NCBI GenBank assembly: GCA_034437635.1
Contig: DAOTTT010000053.1
Coordinates: 1 to 50,257 of the forward strand
Length of the DNA: 50,257 nucleotides
Direction: 5' to 3'
From: Anaerolineae bacterium
GTDB taxonomy: Bacteria > Chloroflexota > Anaerolineae > Aggregatilineales > Phototrophicaceae
The position numbers were made by a program, and so were the translations under genes. Position 1 is the stretch's first letter. The number at the start of each line of letters is the position of its first letter. Below are positions 27,499 to 35,471 of this stretch, in pieces. Below the pieces are notes generated by a model. The model was given only the letters and a program-made list of their open reading frames with translations. It had not been told where the DNA came from and did no database searches.

Positions 27499-27503
27499 AA
27501 CCA

Positions 27504-28163
27504 TCAAACGACCACATACAACAGCAACGCCAAGTAGAACATCCCCCCGGCAGCCATGACGAATAAATGCCAAATATCATGATGATTGAAATAATGCGGG
27601 TGCGGGTTCGGCCAACTAAGCGAGTAAATGACCGCCCCAGTGAGATACAAGCCACCGCCCATAAAGCATAAGATCACCCCGGCCTGTGGCGCAGCGGCGA
27701 TAAACTGCGGCGCGGCCACGATCCCGGCGGTACCCATTGCCACATAAAACAGCGTTGAGATATAGCGCGGCGACACGCCCCGCACATAATAGCGCATCAC
27801 ATAAACACTCCCGACCAACGCCGCCCCCCACATCGTGACCAAGATCATGACGCGCCAACTCCCGGTGAGGAAATACACGGCAAAGGGTGTATACGTCCCG
27901 GCGATTTGCAGGAAGATGCCCACGCGATCATACTTGACCAAACGGTTGAGCGTGATGACATCGCCTTGACTCATATGATAAAAACCGCTGGCAAGATACA
28001 AAAAAACACAACTGACACTATAAATGCTGATGATAATCAACTTGGTCACATCACCCCAAGCGACGACCAATAAGGCGATCCAGCCTATCACGCTAAAGAG
28101 AGCGGCGGCGAAGTGCGTTAAGCTGCTGGTTGGGTCACGAAAGCGAGTAAGAAAGTTTTGCAT
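27504..28163 (-). CDS. Hemolysin III / PAQR-family membrane protein
   Basis: 219 aa, 7 TM. SALYH-like SGFYH and C-terminal HHDIWHLFVMAAGGMFY motifs. Confidence 0.88.
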   Translation of the reverse strand: MQNFLTRFRDPTSSLTHFAAALFSVIGWIALLVVAWGDVTKLIIISIYSVSCVFLYLASGFYHMSQGDVITLNRLVKYDRVGIFLQIAGTYTPFAVYFLTGSWRVMILVTMWGAALVGSVYVMRYYVRGVSPRYISTLFYVAMGTAGIVAAPQFIAAAPQAGVILCFMGGGLYLTGAVIYSLSWPNPHPHYFNHHDIWHLFVMAAGGMFYLALLLYVVV

Positions 28164-28270
28164 GAGCGTTTTGCCTTTCGATTGTTCGCCTATCAGACCA
28201 CAGCTTTGTTTGAAAAGCTACAAACTGTGTTATATTTCATGTGGTTTTTAGATTTTGGATGGAGGGACTT

Positions 28271-29743
28271 ATGCGCGTGTATCGTGCGCTTATTTTTATA
28301 TGTGTTTTGATGATTTTATCGTTGCCTGCACAAGCTATTGACGAAGAAGACACCCTTTTAGTATGGCTGGCCGATGGCTTGCGCCCTGGCGAACTAGCAA
28401 GCAATAGCGAACGCGGCAGCCTCGCCTTGATGAACGGCGCGGGCGAAATCAGCGAGACGATTTTAGAGCTACCCGCTAACGCGGTCAACGTGGCAGCCTG
28501 CACGGAGCAAGCCACCGCCCCGGATGGCAGCGCCTTTGCCTATTACGTCGGCAACGATACCAGCGGCTCGGTATATGTGATAAACGCCGCCGGAGAAGCC
28601 GCACAGATCCGCAATGTGGGGCGGCGCTCCTGCTTGGGATTAGGCACGCTCCAATGGACCGACGACAGCGGCACACTGGCCCTACTCAACGCGGACGCGA
28701 TCGCCAATACGGAAATGATCCAGGGGACGTTGGCACTTCACCCCGCTGATGCCCTTGACGAAGCCAGCTTCGAGCGGGATAACGTCGCCGCGTTTAAGCT
28801 CAACGATGACAATGTGGCCTTTATTGAGGTCTTTAACGATTATGTGAGCATCTACGAAGGCGCACCCGATGATTTGACGGAAGTCACGCGGTTATATAGC
28901 GCCCGCGAGAATTGCGGCTTCCGCGCCAGCGACATCGCCTATGTCAATGACGGCACATTGGCGGTCATCCTGGGGCAGAACTGCACCGGCAGCAATACCT
29001 GGGATCTCTACCGTGTGGACATCGCCAGCCGCAGCGCCAACCGCTTATTACGTGAAGACACCCGCGCCGGGTTCTTCAGCCAAGCCGCCGCTATGCACAT
29101 TATTAGCGCCGGTGGGAACACGGTCTACGCCGGGACACCGGACGGCCTGCTCGGTAACTTCAGCGCAGAACTCCGCCGTATTGACATGGCAAATCCCATC
29201 GTAGATGACCCGGTATTTGATTTTATCGTCACCCCGCGCCAACCTGCCGGGACGTTCAGCACGGCACCACGTTTTAGCCCGGATGGGCGCTACATAGCGA
29301 TAATCCGACAAACGGCTGACGTGCAATCAACGCTGGTGATTATCGACCTACGCACTACCGACACGGTGACAGAAGTCAGCGGTGGCAGCGCCGGGAGCAC
29401 GATCTCCGCGATGGCGTTTGATAGCTCCAACAGCTTGTATTATCTGGTGGGCGGCGTGGACGGTGCCGACAACCTGCTCCGCAATGTGGACTTAAGCAGC
29501 GGCGACGATACCGACATCGTGCGTGGCAACTTCATACCACCGCTGGTGCTCAACGCGGATGCTAGCGAAGCCGTTTTGCTCAACCGTGATCTTACCGGCG
29601 CGGATGATGACCCGTTCTTTGATCTGGTCGCAGCGAGTTTGAGCGATGGCAGCTTAAGCACGATTTACAGCGGCGCAGAACTGGACGACAGCGACGAGAT
29701 CACGACGCTGCGCTTCGCATCGCCGTTGTGGTGGCTGCCATAG
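28271..29743 (+). CDS. Secreted beta-propeller-like protein, function unknown
   Basis: Start at ATG 28271 (RBS GGAGGGA). Signal peptide MRVYRALIFICVLMILSLPAQA. SPDGRYIAI-type TolB-like blade motifs. Confidence 0.6.
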   Translation: MRVYRALIFICVLMILSLPAQAIDEEDTLLVWLADGLRPGELASNSERGSLALMNGAGEISETILELPANAVNVAACTEQATAPDGSAFAYYVGNDTSGSVYVINAAGEAAQIRNVGRRSCLGLGTLQWTDDSGTLALLNADAIANTEMIQGTLALHPADALDEASFERDNVAAFKLNDDNVAFIEVFNDYVSIYEGAPDDLTEVTRLYSARENCGFRASDIAYVNDGTLAVILGQNCTGSNTWDLYRVDIASRSANRLLREDTRAGFFSQAAAMHIISAGGNTVYAGTPDGLLGNFSAELRRIDMANPIVDDPVFDFIVTPRQPAGTFSTAPRFSPDGRYIAIIRQTADVQSTLVIIDLRTTDTVTEVSGGSAGSTISAMAFDSSNSLYYLVGGVDGADNLLRNVDLSSGDDTDIVRGNFIPPLVLNADASEAVLLNRDLTGADDDPFFDLVAASLSDGSLSTIYSGAELDDSDEITTLRFASPLWWLP

Positions 29744-29780
29744 CAGCGGCTCAAAATCCCCCTTGCCACATCAAGGAGGA

Positions 29781-30644
29781 TCACCGCTCAAGCAAAAAGT
29801 CCTTGACGACTTTAAAGTAAAGGTCGCGCTGGCTGGCCGCCGGGGAATGCCCCGCATTGTGGAAGACGTAACGCTCCGCCTGCGGATACAGCGCCCGCAC
29901 ACGCTCGCGGGTTTGCGCGTCGAACGTCGCGTCGTCGTCCGCTTCTAAGATCAGCATCGCGCCCGGCCACCCCGCCAGATCATCCGGCATGAGGGTGTAA
30001 TTATCAGCAAAATCCAGCAAGGCGTGGTAGGTGCTGGCAAGCGCGGCCTTATCCACGCGGTAACTATAGAGTTCGTCTAAGTAAGCGCGATAAAAATCGT
30101 GCATAGCTTCCGGCGGTTGCATGATGGTAAACATCGTCTCTTTGGCGTTTTCCATCACGACATCTTCCGGTGCAGCGTCGATCATGGCAATGCCTTGACG
30201 ATAACGCCCGGTTGACGCTTCATCGAGAACCGCCGTTGTAGAAAGTACCAGCTTATCCACAAATGCCCGGTGTCGCCGGACGAAAACTTGTGCCAGCATC
30301 CCGCCGAAAGACCCGGCCAGTACATGCGCAGATTGTACGCTTTCATGCTGCAAAACCCCGGCGATGCCGTCCGCAAGTTCGGCCATCGTATTCAACGCGG
30401 GGTAAGATGGTGCAATCACGCGGAAGTCGTCTTCCAGCAAGGGGATATTACGATATGCGGCATCGGCTTCCCTCAAGCCACCGACGAGCAACAGCAAAAC
30501 TTGATCGCCCGCACCACTGGCAATATAACGCCATGTCACGCCATTGACAACGTGCGTGCTTTCCGGGTGAGTCCGCCGGAATTGGTGCAGTTCTTCGCGT
30601 TGTTCTGCCGGGACACTGGCGTAAATTTCATCAAATGTGCGCAT
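29781..30644 (-). CDS. Alpha/beta-hydrolase fold protein
   Basis: Nucleophile elbow AGSFGG, with a C-terminal NAGHSP histidine. Start at ATG 30644 (MRTFDEIY, RBS AAAGGA). The longest ORF reaches 30677. Confidence 0.75.
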   Translation of the reverse strand: MRTFDEIYASVPAEQREELHQFRRTHPESTHVVNGVTWRYIASGAGDQVLLLLVGGLREADAAYRNIPLLEDDFRVIAPSYPALNTMAELADGIAGVLQHESVQSAHVLAGSFGGMLAQVFVRRHRAFVDKLVLSTTAVLDEASTGRYRQGIAMIDAAPEDVVMENAKETMFTIMQPPEAMHDFYRAYLDELYSYRVDKAALASTYHALLDFADNYTLMPDDLAGWPGAMLILEADDDATFDAQTRERVRALYPQAERYVFHNAGHSPAASQRDLYFKVVKDFLLER

Positions 30645-30793
30645 CGTATAATCCTTTACACGGGCGCGAAGAATCACGCCCCTACATTACGATTTTCATT
30701 GTTGTAGGGGCTGCAAGAATGCCGTCCAAGACGACAAAGACCTTGCTATCTTGTGGTCGCCCCGAAAGAGAACGAACAACCAATAACCCTATC

Positions 30794-31093
30794 TTACAGC
30801 CCCTTACCGCCCATCACATCAAGGCTTGCGCCGGACGGTTGCCCTACAAGTAAGGGCATCGCCTGCCCAATGAGGGCGCGGACTTCCGGCAACGTGAGCG
30901 CGGCATCATGCGCGTCTTTGCTATCCCATAGCTCCATCACCCAGACTTTACCCGCATCGTCACGATCTTTATTGATGATATAAAACTTACAGCGCTGCTG
31001 ATCGTCCATGAGTGCAGCGGCTTGCAGTAGAATGTTGATGAGTTTATCGCGGTTTTCCGGGGTTGTCGTCAAGTTGCCGACCATGCTAAACAT
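30794..31093 (-). CDS. ABM-domain (antibiotic biosynthesis monooxygenase-like) protein
   Basis: 99 aa. Ferredoxin-like pattern with VWVMELWDSKDAHDAAL (the E-x-W-x-S/D-x-x-A-x-x-AH block typical of ABM). Confidence 0.65.
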   Translation of the reverse strand: MFSMVGNLTTTPENRDKLINILLQAAALMDDQQRCKFYIINKDRDDAGKVWVMELWDSKDAHDAALTLPEVRALIGQAMPLLVGQPSGASLDVMGGKGL

Positions 31094-31191
31094 CGCTTTT
31101 TCTCCCTGTCGTCATCAGATGGAGAAATTATACCAGAACGAATGTTCAAGCACAAAAACACGGGACAATCCAGCGGATCGCCCCATAAGCG

Positions 31192-31749
31192 TTAGGCGTT
31201 TTCTTCTGTGGGGGTCGCGGCATCTTCTGCTGCGGCTTGTAAGTCTTTATCTTCGCTGGCGTGCCAAACGCGGTTGGCAATATCAATGTACAGTTGCCCG
31301 TCAAGATGGTCGATCTCGTGTTGGAACACCCGCGCTAGCCAGCCCTTCGCCTTGATGCGAATATCATCGCCGTGACGGTCTTGCCCGGTGATGACGATGG
31401 ACTCGTAACGGTCAACGTCGCCAAAGTAATTGGGGATCGACAAGCACGCCTCAACGCCTTCGACCATGCCCCGGCTATGCTTGATGATCTTGGGGTTGAC
31501 GACTACATATAAAATACCGGCATCGTCGCCGTATTCTTTTTTAGCGTCTTCGTCATCGGGCAGACGCACCACAATCACGCGCTGGCTGACGGCCACCTGG
31601 GGCGCGGCCAAGCCAACACCGGGGGCATCGAGCATCGTTTCGATCATGTCATCAATTAATTTTTGGAATTTGTCGTCAAAGCTGGTGACTTTGACCGCTT
31701 TTTTACGCAGAATAGGATTATCAGGTTGAATTATAGGTAATACAGCCAT
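31192..31749 (-). CDS. def: Peptide deformylase
   Basis: 185 aa. GVGLAAPQV, EACLSIP and HEIDHLDG, the three PDF motifs. Confidence 0.95.
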   Translation of the reverse strand: MAVLPIIQPDNPILRKKAVKVTSFDDKFQKLIDDMIETMLDAPGVGLAAPQVAVSQRVIVVRLPDDEDAKKEYGDDAGILYVVVNPKIIKHSRGMVEGVEACLSIPNYFGDVDRYESIVITGQDRHGDDIRIKAKGWLARVFQHEIDHLDGQLYIDIANRVWHASEDKDLQAAAEDAATPTEENA

Positions 31750-31803
31750 TGTCAGTTATCTCATGTTTATCATTTGCAGAGTGCCGTCTATTGTAGCGGA
31801 TAG

Positions 31804-32205
31804 TTACACGCCTGACGACTGTGCCATTTGTCGCGCTTGATTTACCAAATCATCGACAATATACCGCAAAATAGAGGTACTGTTGGCGATCTCTTGGACT
31901 TGTATTTTTTGCGCTGTGTTGAGCGTGTCCATCATGCGGGTGATGAGTAACTCGGAATAGCCGAACATCGGCGTAAGCGGGTTGCCTAGCTCGTGGCGCA
32001 ACTCGGACGAGACTTTATCCGGGGGTAAGGCGGAGAAAGCAGTCGCCACATGGATGAACTTTTCCGCATTGGCGAGAATTTTACGGATAAATTCGCCTTG
32101 ACGGGCATCAAGTGTGCCGTCTTCCTCTCGTAAGAGGGCTTCTGCATTTTGTACAATGGTGCTAATGTGATCCTGTAACGCTGCGTCCATAGGTATTCCT
32201 GTCAA
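31804..32205 (-). CDS. Stand-alone HisKA/DHp-like protein (no ATPase domain)
   Basis: 133 aa. ELRHELGNPLTPMFGYSELL is an H-box with no HATPase domain. It aligns by eye with the 18612-18968 product. Confidence 0.55.
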   Translation of the reverse strand: MTGIPMDAALQDHISTIVQNAEALLREEDGTLDARQGEFIRKILANAEKFIHVATAFSALPPDKVSSELRHELGNPLTPMFGYSELLITRMMDTLNTAQKIQVQEIANSTSILRYIVDDLVNQARQMAQSSGV

Positions 32206-32285
32206 AACAGACTGCGATTCAGACTCTATCTTACTAACAATTCAGGTTAAGCACAATTCAGGTTTTATTCTTTCACAAGTTTTTC

Positions 32286-32474
32286 GTAACTACTCAGGTA
32301 TATCCCGCATCGGCTCAAAGCCGATGGCTACATTAAACGCTAGGAAGCCCGTAAACGGGCTGTATAAAATGATCTTTCGCGCTGACTAGCCTGTTTACGG
32401 GCGGCGCATACATGGGCTAGCCCCCAGTTTTGAACCGGGGCAGTAAGCAAATCAGAGCATACCTGAGTAGTTAC
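32286..32474 (+). mobile_element. MITE, reference copy D (189 bp, perfect 16-bp TIRs, 8-bp TSD)
   Basis: GTAACTACTCAGGTAT (32286-32301) is the exact reverse complement of ATACCTGAGTAGTTAC (32459-32474). AGTTTTTC lies on both flanks (32278-32285 and 32475-32482). No ORF inside. Confidence 0.9.
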
Positions 32475-32493
32475 AGTTTTTCACAATCTTGGA

Positions 32494-33954
32494 GTGATGA
32501 TGATGCTCAAAAAGTATGAACCTTTGATTTTATATGTGCTGGTGTTCTTCGGCGGGTTTGCCAATCTCGCAGCGGAGATCATCGGCCCGCGTATGTTCGC
32601 GTCGTTGTTCGGTAATACGACAACCGTCTGGGCGGTGATGATCTCCGTGACCTTGGTCGGCCTGTCGGTCGGGTATGCCATCGGCGGACGCATCCAAGCG
32701 GAAAAAGCACGCGGGTTATTGCCGGCGGTCTTGCTGGTTAACGCGGTATGGTTGCTCATCATCGGTTGGGTCATCTGGGAAGTCCCGGCGGCAGCCGTAG
32801 CCGGGGGCACACGCATCGACGCAAGTATGTTACTCACGGTCAGTTCCGGCGCATTCTTCGTGCCGTCGGTGCTGTTTGGCATGATCTCCCCGGTGACGAT
32901 TACCCTGCTCTCTGCGGAAAAGGCCACGACCAATAGCAGCGAAACCGTCGGCAACGTCTACGCAATCGGCACAGTGGGCAGCGTAGCCGGAGCCTTAAGC
33001 GCGGCTTTCTTCCTTATACCCTGGGTGGGCTTGACGCAATCGCTGCAAGTATTTGCGGCGGGGTTGGTGTTGTTCGCGGCCTACTTCTGGGCGGATCGCT
33101 GGCGGTATGCGGTGGCAGCGGCGGCGGTCATCCCGTTGATTGTGCCGCAGCCGGGCTTTGTATGGCGTGAGGATGACGGGCTTGAACTCCTGGCGCAGCG
33201 CGAAGGCTATTATCAAACGGTGCGGGTATATGCCAATGATGAATTCGTACAGATGCACCTAGGGCCGACCTTCCACAGTCGCATGGATTTAGAGACAGGC
33301 TTGCCCACGTTCAGCTATGCGCAGACCATGCTCGACCTCATCCCCGACGATGTGAGCGACCAGCACACGCTGATTATCGGCGGTGCCGGGCATAGCCTCG
33401 CCCGTGAGCTAGAGCGGCGCGGCGCGACGACGGTCGAAGTAGAAATTGATCCGGTTGTGGTGGATCTCTCCGACGAATACTTCGGCACGATAGACGGCGA
33501 GATCGTCATCCAAGATGGGCGCGTATACATGGCCGGTGTTCCGGCGGGTAGCTTCGATTTTGTTATCGTGGATGCCTTCGACGGCGCGGCCACCGTCCCG
33601 CCGCAGTTGACCACGCAAGAATTTTTTCAGGAAGCGGCGCGGGCGCTCACGCCGGAGGGTGTGCTGTATTATAACTTTGTGGGCACGCCGGAGGGCGAGC
33701 GTAACCGTTCGTTTAAGGCGATAGCCACCACGATGGATGCCGTTTTCGCCTCGGTTGGGGCGCGGTCTTCTCGCGGGGATGGCTTGCTCCAGGGCGAAGA
33801 CTCGCAGAATATTATCTTTGTCGCGTCGAACGGCTCCTTGGGGGCGCTGCCGCTTTCGCCTGTGCCGGATGACGGCACGCTCCTAACGGATAACAACAAT
33901 CCAATGGAGATTTTCCTGGCCGAAGCGCGTGATTTCATCTATTACCGCCGCTAA
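32494..33954 (+). CDS. Fused polytopic-membrane / spermidine-synthase-like (class I methyltransferase fold) protein
   Basis: 486 aa. About 200 aa of TM helices, then IIGGAGHSLARELE, VEVEIDPVVVDL and FVIVDAFDG, as in aminopropyltransferases. Confidence 0.75.
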   Translation: MMMMLKKYEPLILYVLVFFGGFANLAAEIIGPRMFASLFGNTTTVWAVMISVTLVGLSVGYAIGGRIQAEKARGLLPAVLLVNAVWLLIIGWVIWEVPAAAVAGGTRIDASMLLTVSSGAFFVPSVLFGMISPVTITLLSAEKATTNSSETVGNVYAIGTVGSVAGALSAAFFLIPWVGLTQSLQVFAAGLVLFAAYFWADRWRYAVAAAAVIPLIVPQPGFVWREDDGLELLAQREGYYQTVRVYANDEFVQMHLGPTFHSRMDLETGLPTFSYAQTMLDLIPDDVSDQHTLIIGGAGHSLARELERRGATTVEVEIDPVVVDLSDEYFGTIDGEIVIQDGRVYMAGVPAGSFDFVIVDAFDGAATVPPQLTTQEFFQEAARALTPEGVLYYNFVGTPEGERNRSFKAIATTMDAVFASVGARSSRGDGLLQGEDSQNIIFVASNGSLGALPLSPVPDDGTLLTDNNNPMEIFLAEARDFIYYRR

Positions 33955-33969
33955 AAGCTGCACAGGCTT

Positions 33970-33997
33970 GCAACCTGCGGTATGATACAGGCGTATA
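33970..33997 (+). promoter_or_regulatory. ECF-type promoter (GCAAC-N17-CGT) upstream of the sigma factor
   Basis: AAC (33972-33974), 17 nt, CGT (33992-33994). About 40 nt upstream of the proposed TTG start at 34039. Confidence 0.4.
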
Positions 33998-34038
33998 TGA
34001 TTTAACGTGTGCTACGGCACACTGGGGGAGAAGAAACC

Positions 34039-34629
34039 TTGTCCGATCCAACAATCAGCCAGTGGGTAAACGCGGCGATTGCAGGTGACCATGAAGCATT
34101 TGCGGAGATTCTCTATAGCTTCCAGGATGCCGTTTACAACTTATGTTATCGCATGTTGAGCGATGCCGGAGAAGCGGAAGATGCCGCACAAGAGGCTTTT
34201 CTGAAAGCCTATAACAATCTCTCGCGCTATGACCATAATCGCTCATTTAAAACATGGATTTTGTCGATTGCGTCCAACCATTGCATCGACCGCTTGCGCA
34301 AACGGCGGATGCACTTTGTCAGCATCGACGAACCGATACCAGCCACATTGAGCTTGGCGAGTGATGACCCGTTGCCAGAACAAGCGACGATCAGCCATCA
34401 ACGCAGTGCGGAAATGCAAGCCTTGCTCGACGAACTCGAACCCGATTACTGCCTCGCGGTCATCCTGCGCTATTGGTACGATTACTCCTATGCGGAGATC
34501 GCCGAGCAGATGGAAACCACCGAGAGCGCCATCAAGAGCCGCTTGTTCCGCGCACGCAAGATGTTAGCGGCCAAAATCGAAGCCCAGAGCCCCGGCTCCG
34601 GCACCAGAAATTCACTAACGGAGGGGTAA
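34039..34629 (+). CDS. ECF (group IV) sigma-70 family sigma factor
   Basis: Region 2 (AQEAFLKAYNNLSRYDHNRSFKTWILSIASNHCIDRLRKR) and region 4 (YAEIAEQMETTESAIKSRLFRARKML). TTG start after GGGGGAG. The longest ORF starts at 34009. Confidence 0.88.
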   Translation: MSDPTISQWVNAAIAGDHEAFAEILYSFQDAVYNLCYRMLSDAGEAEDAAQEAFLKAYNNLSRYDHNRSFKTWILSIASNHCIDRLRKRRMHFVSIDEPIPATLSLASDDPLPEQATISHQRSAEMQALLDELEPDYCLAVILRYWYDYSYAEIAEQMETTESAIKSRLFRARKMLAAKIEAQSPGSGTRNSLTEG

Positions 34630-34633
34630 ACCA

Positions 34634-35182
34634 GTGAGTGACGAGCGTATAGAAAACTTGATGCAAGCGGCCTTAGACAATGAAGCCTCATCCCAAGAGG
34701 AAGCCGAACTTGCAGAACTACTTGACAACGACACCGAACAGGCGCAAGCGTTCGATGCCCAACGCCAAGTTGATGACATGCTGCGCTACCCCCCGCACGA
34801 ACGCGCCCCCAAACGCTTGGCTATGGCGATCATGGCGAAGCTCGCCCAGACGATACAAGAACAACAAACGGCACAATCCCCCGTGACAGAAGCCCAACTG
34901 CGGGTGGCCTTTCAACTCGTGACCGTCACCGCGTTGCCGCTTTTAGTCGGCGCGGGGTATATGCTGCTCAACGCCCAGACCAAGCAAGAAAGCGTCGAGG
35001 CCGTCTTAGAGCAAGTCGTCTTAATCATGATGATCATGTTGGAATCCATCAACGTTTTGCTGGACGAAGCCGAGCAAGTCTACCAAGAAGACCCGGAGAT
35101 GGCACTCGCTTTGTTGACTATGATTCCGTCTACGTTGCTCATTTTGGTGCAGGAAATCTTAGGTATCGAAGACGACGAATAA
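34634..35182 (+). CDS. Putative anti-sigma factor
   Basis: GTG start 5 nt after the sigma stop. Acidic N-terminal helix region, then hydrophobic segment(s) (VAFQLVTVTALPLLVGAGYMLL). The call rests on position. Confidence 0.55.
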   Translation: MSDERIENLMQAALDNEASSQEEAELAELLDNDTEQAQAFDAQRQVDDMLRYPPHERAPKRLAMAIMAKLAQTIQEQQTAQSPVTEAQLRVAFQLVTVTALPLLVGAGYMLLNAQTKQESVEAVLEQVVLIMMIMLESINVLLDEAEQVYQEDPEMALALLTMIPSTLLILVQEILGIEDDE

Positions 35183-35189
35183 GTACGAA

Positions 35190-35209
35190 GCGGGGTTATT
35201 TAACCCCGC
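35190..35209 (+). terminator. Stem-loop after the anti-sigma gene (weak U-tract)
   Basis: GCGGGGTT-ATTT-AACCCCGC, a perfect 8-bp stem 8 nt past the stop. Confidence 0.4.
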
Positions 35210-35295
35210 ACTCATCTCTTTCACCCCTTCTATGAGTGCCATCTAAGTGACGTGTAAAGTCTACTACGTATGCAAATAACACATTTTACAGTTGC

Positions 35296-35324
35296 TTTAC
35301 ACTTTTTCGATACGGTGCTTTAAT
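35296..35324 (+). promoter_or_regulatory. Sigma70-type promoter for the fasciclin gene
   Basis: TTTACA (35296-35301), a 17-nt spacer, then TTTAAT (35319-35324). It would give a leader of about 140 nt. Confidence 0.4.
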
Positions 35325-35471
35325 CTTTAACTCAATATCCAGAGCGAAAACTTTTAAATCGGCTTTAAAGATTGCTTTCGATTTAACTCATATAAGCCTG
35401 TGATGATCTAAATGTCTTATTTAACCAAGACACTTTAAATCAGTTACACGTTTAACAGGAGTAGTATTGAT

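Noticed and set aside
32481-32954. 157-aa minus-strand ORF overlapping the start of the spermidine-synthase-like gene and the MITE edge.
   Set aside because: It is antisense to a strongly hydrophobic, well-supported membrane domain, has no RBS, and would begin inside that gene.
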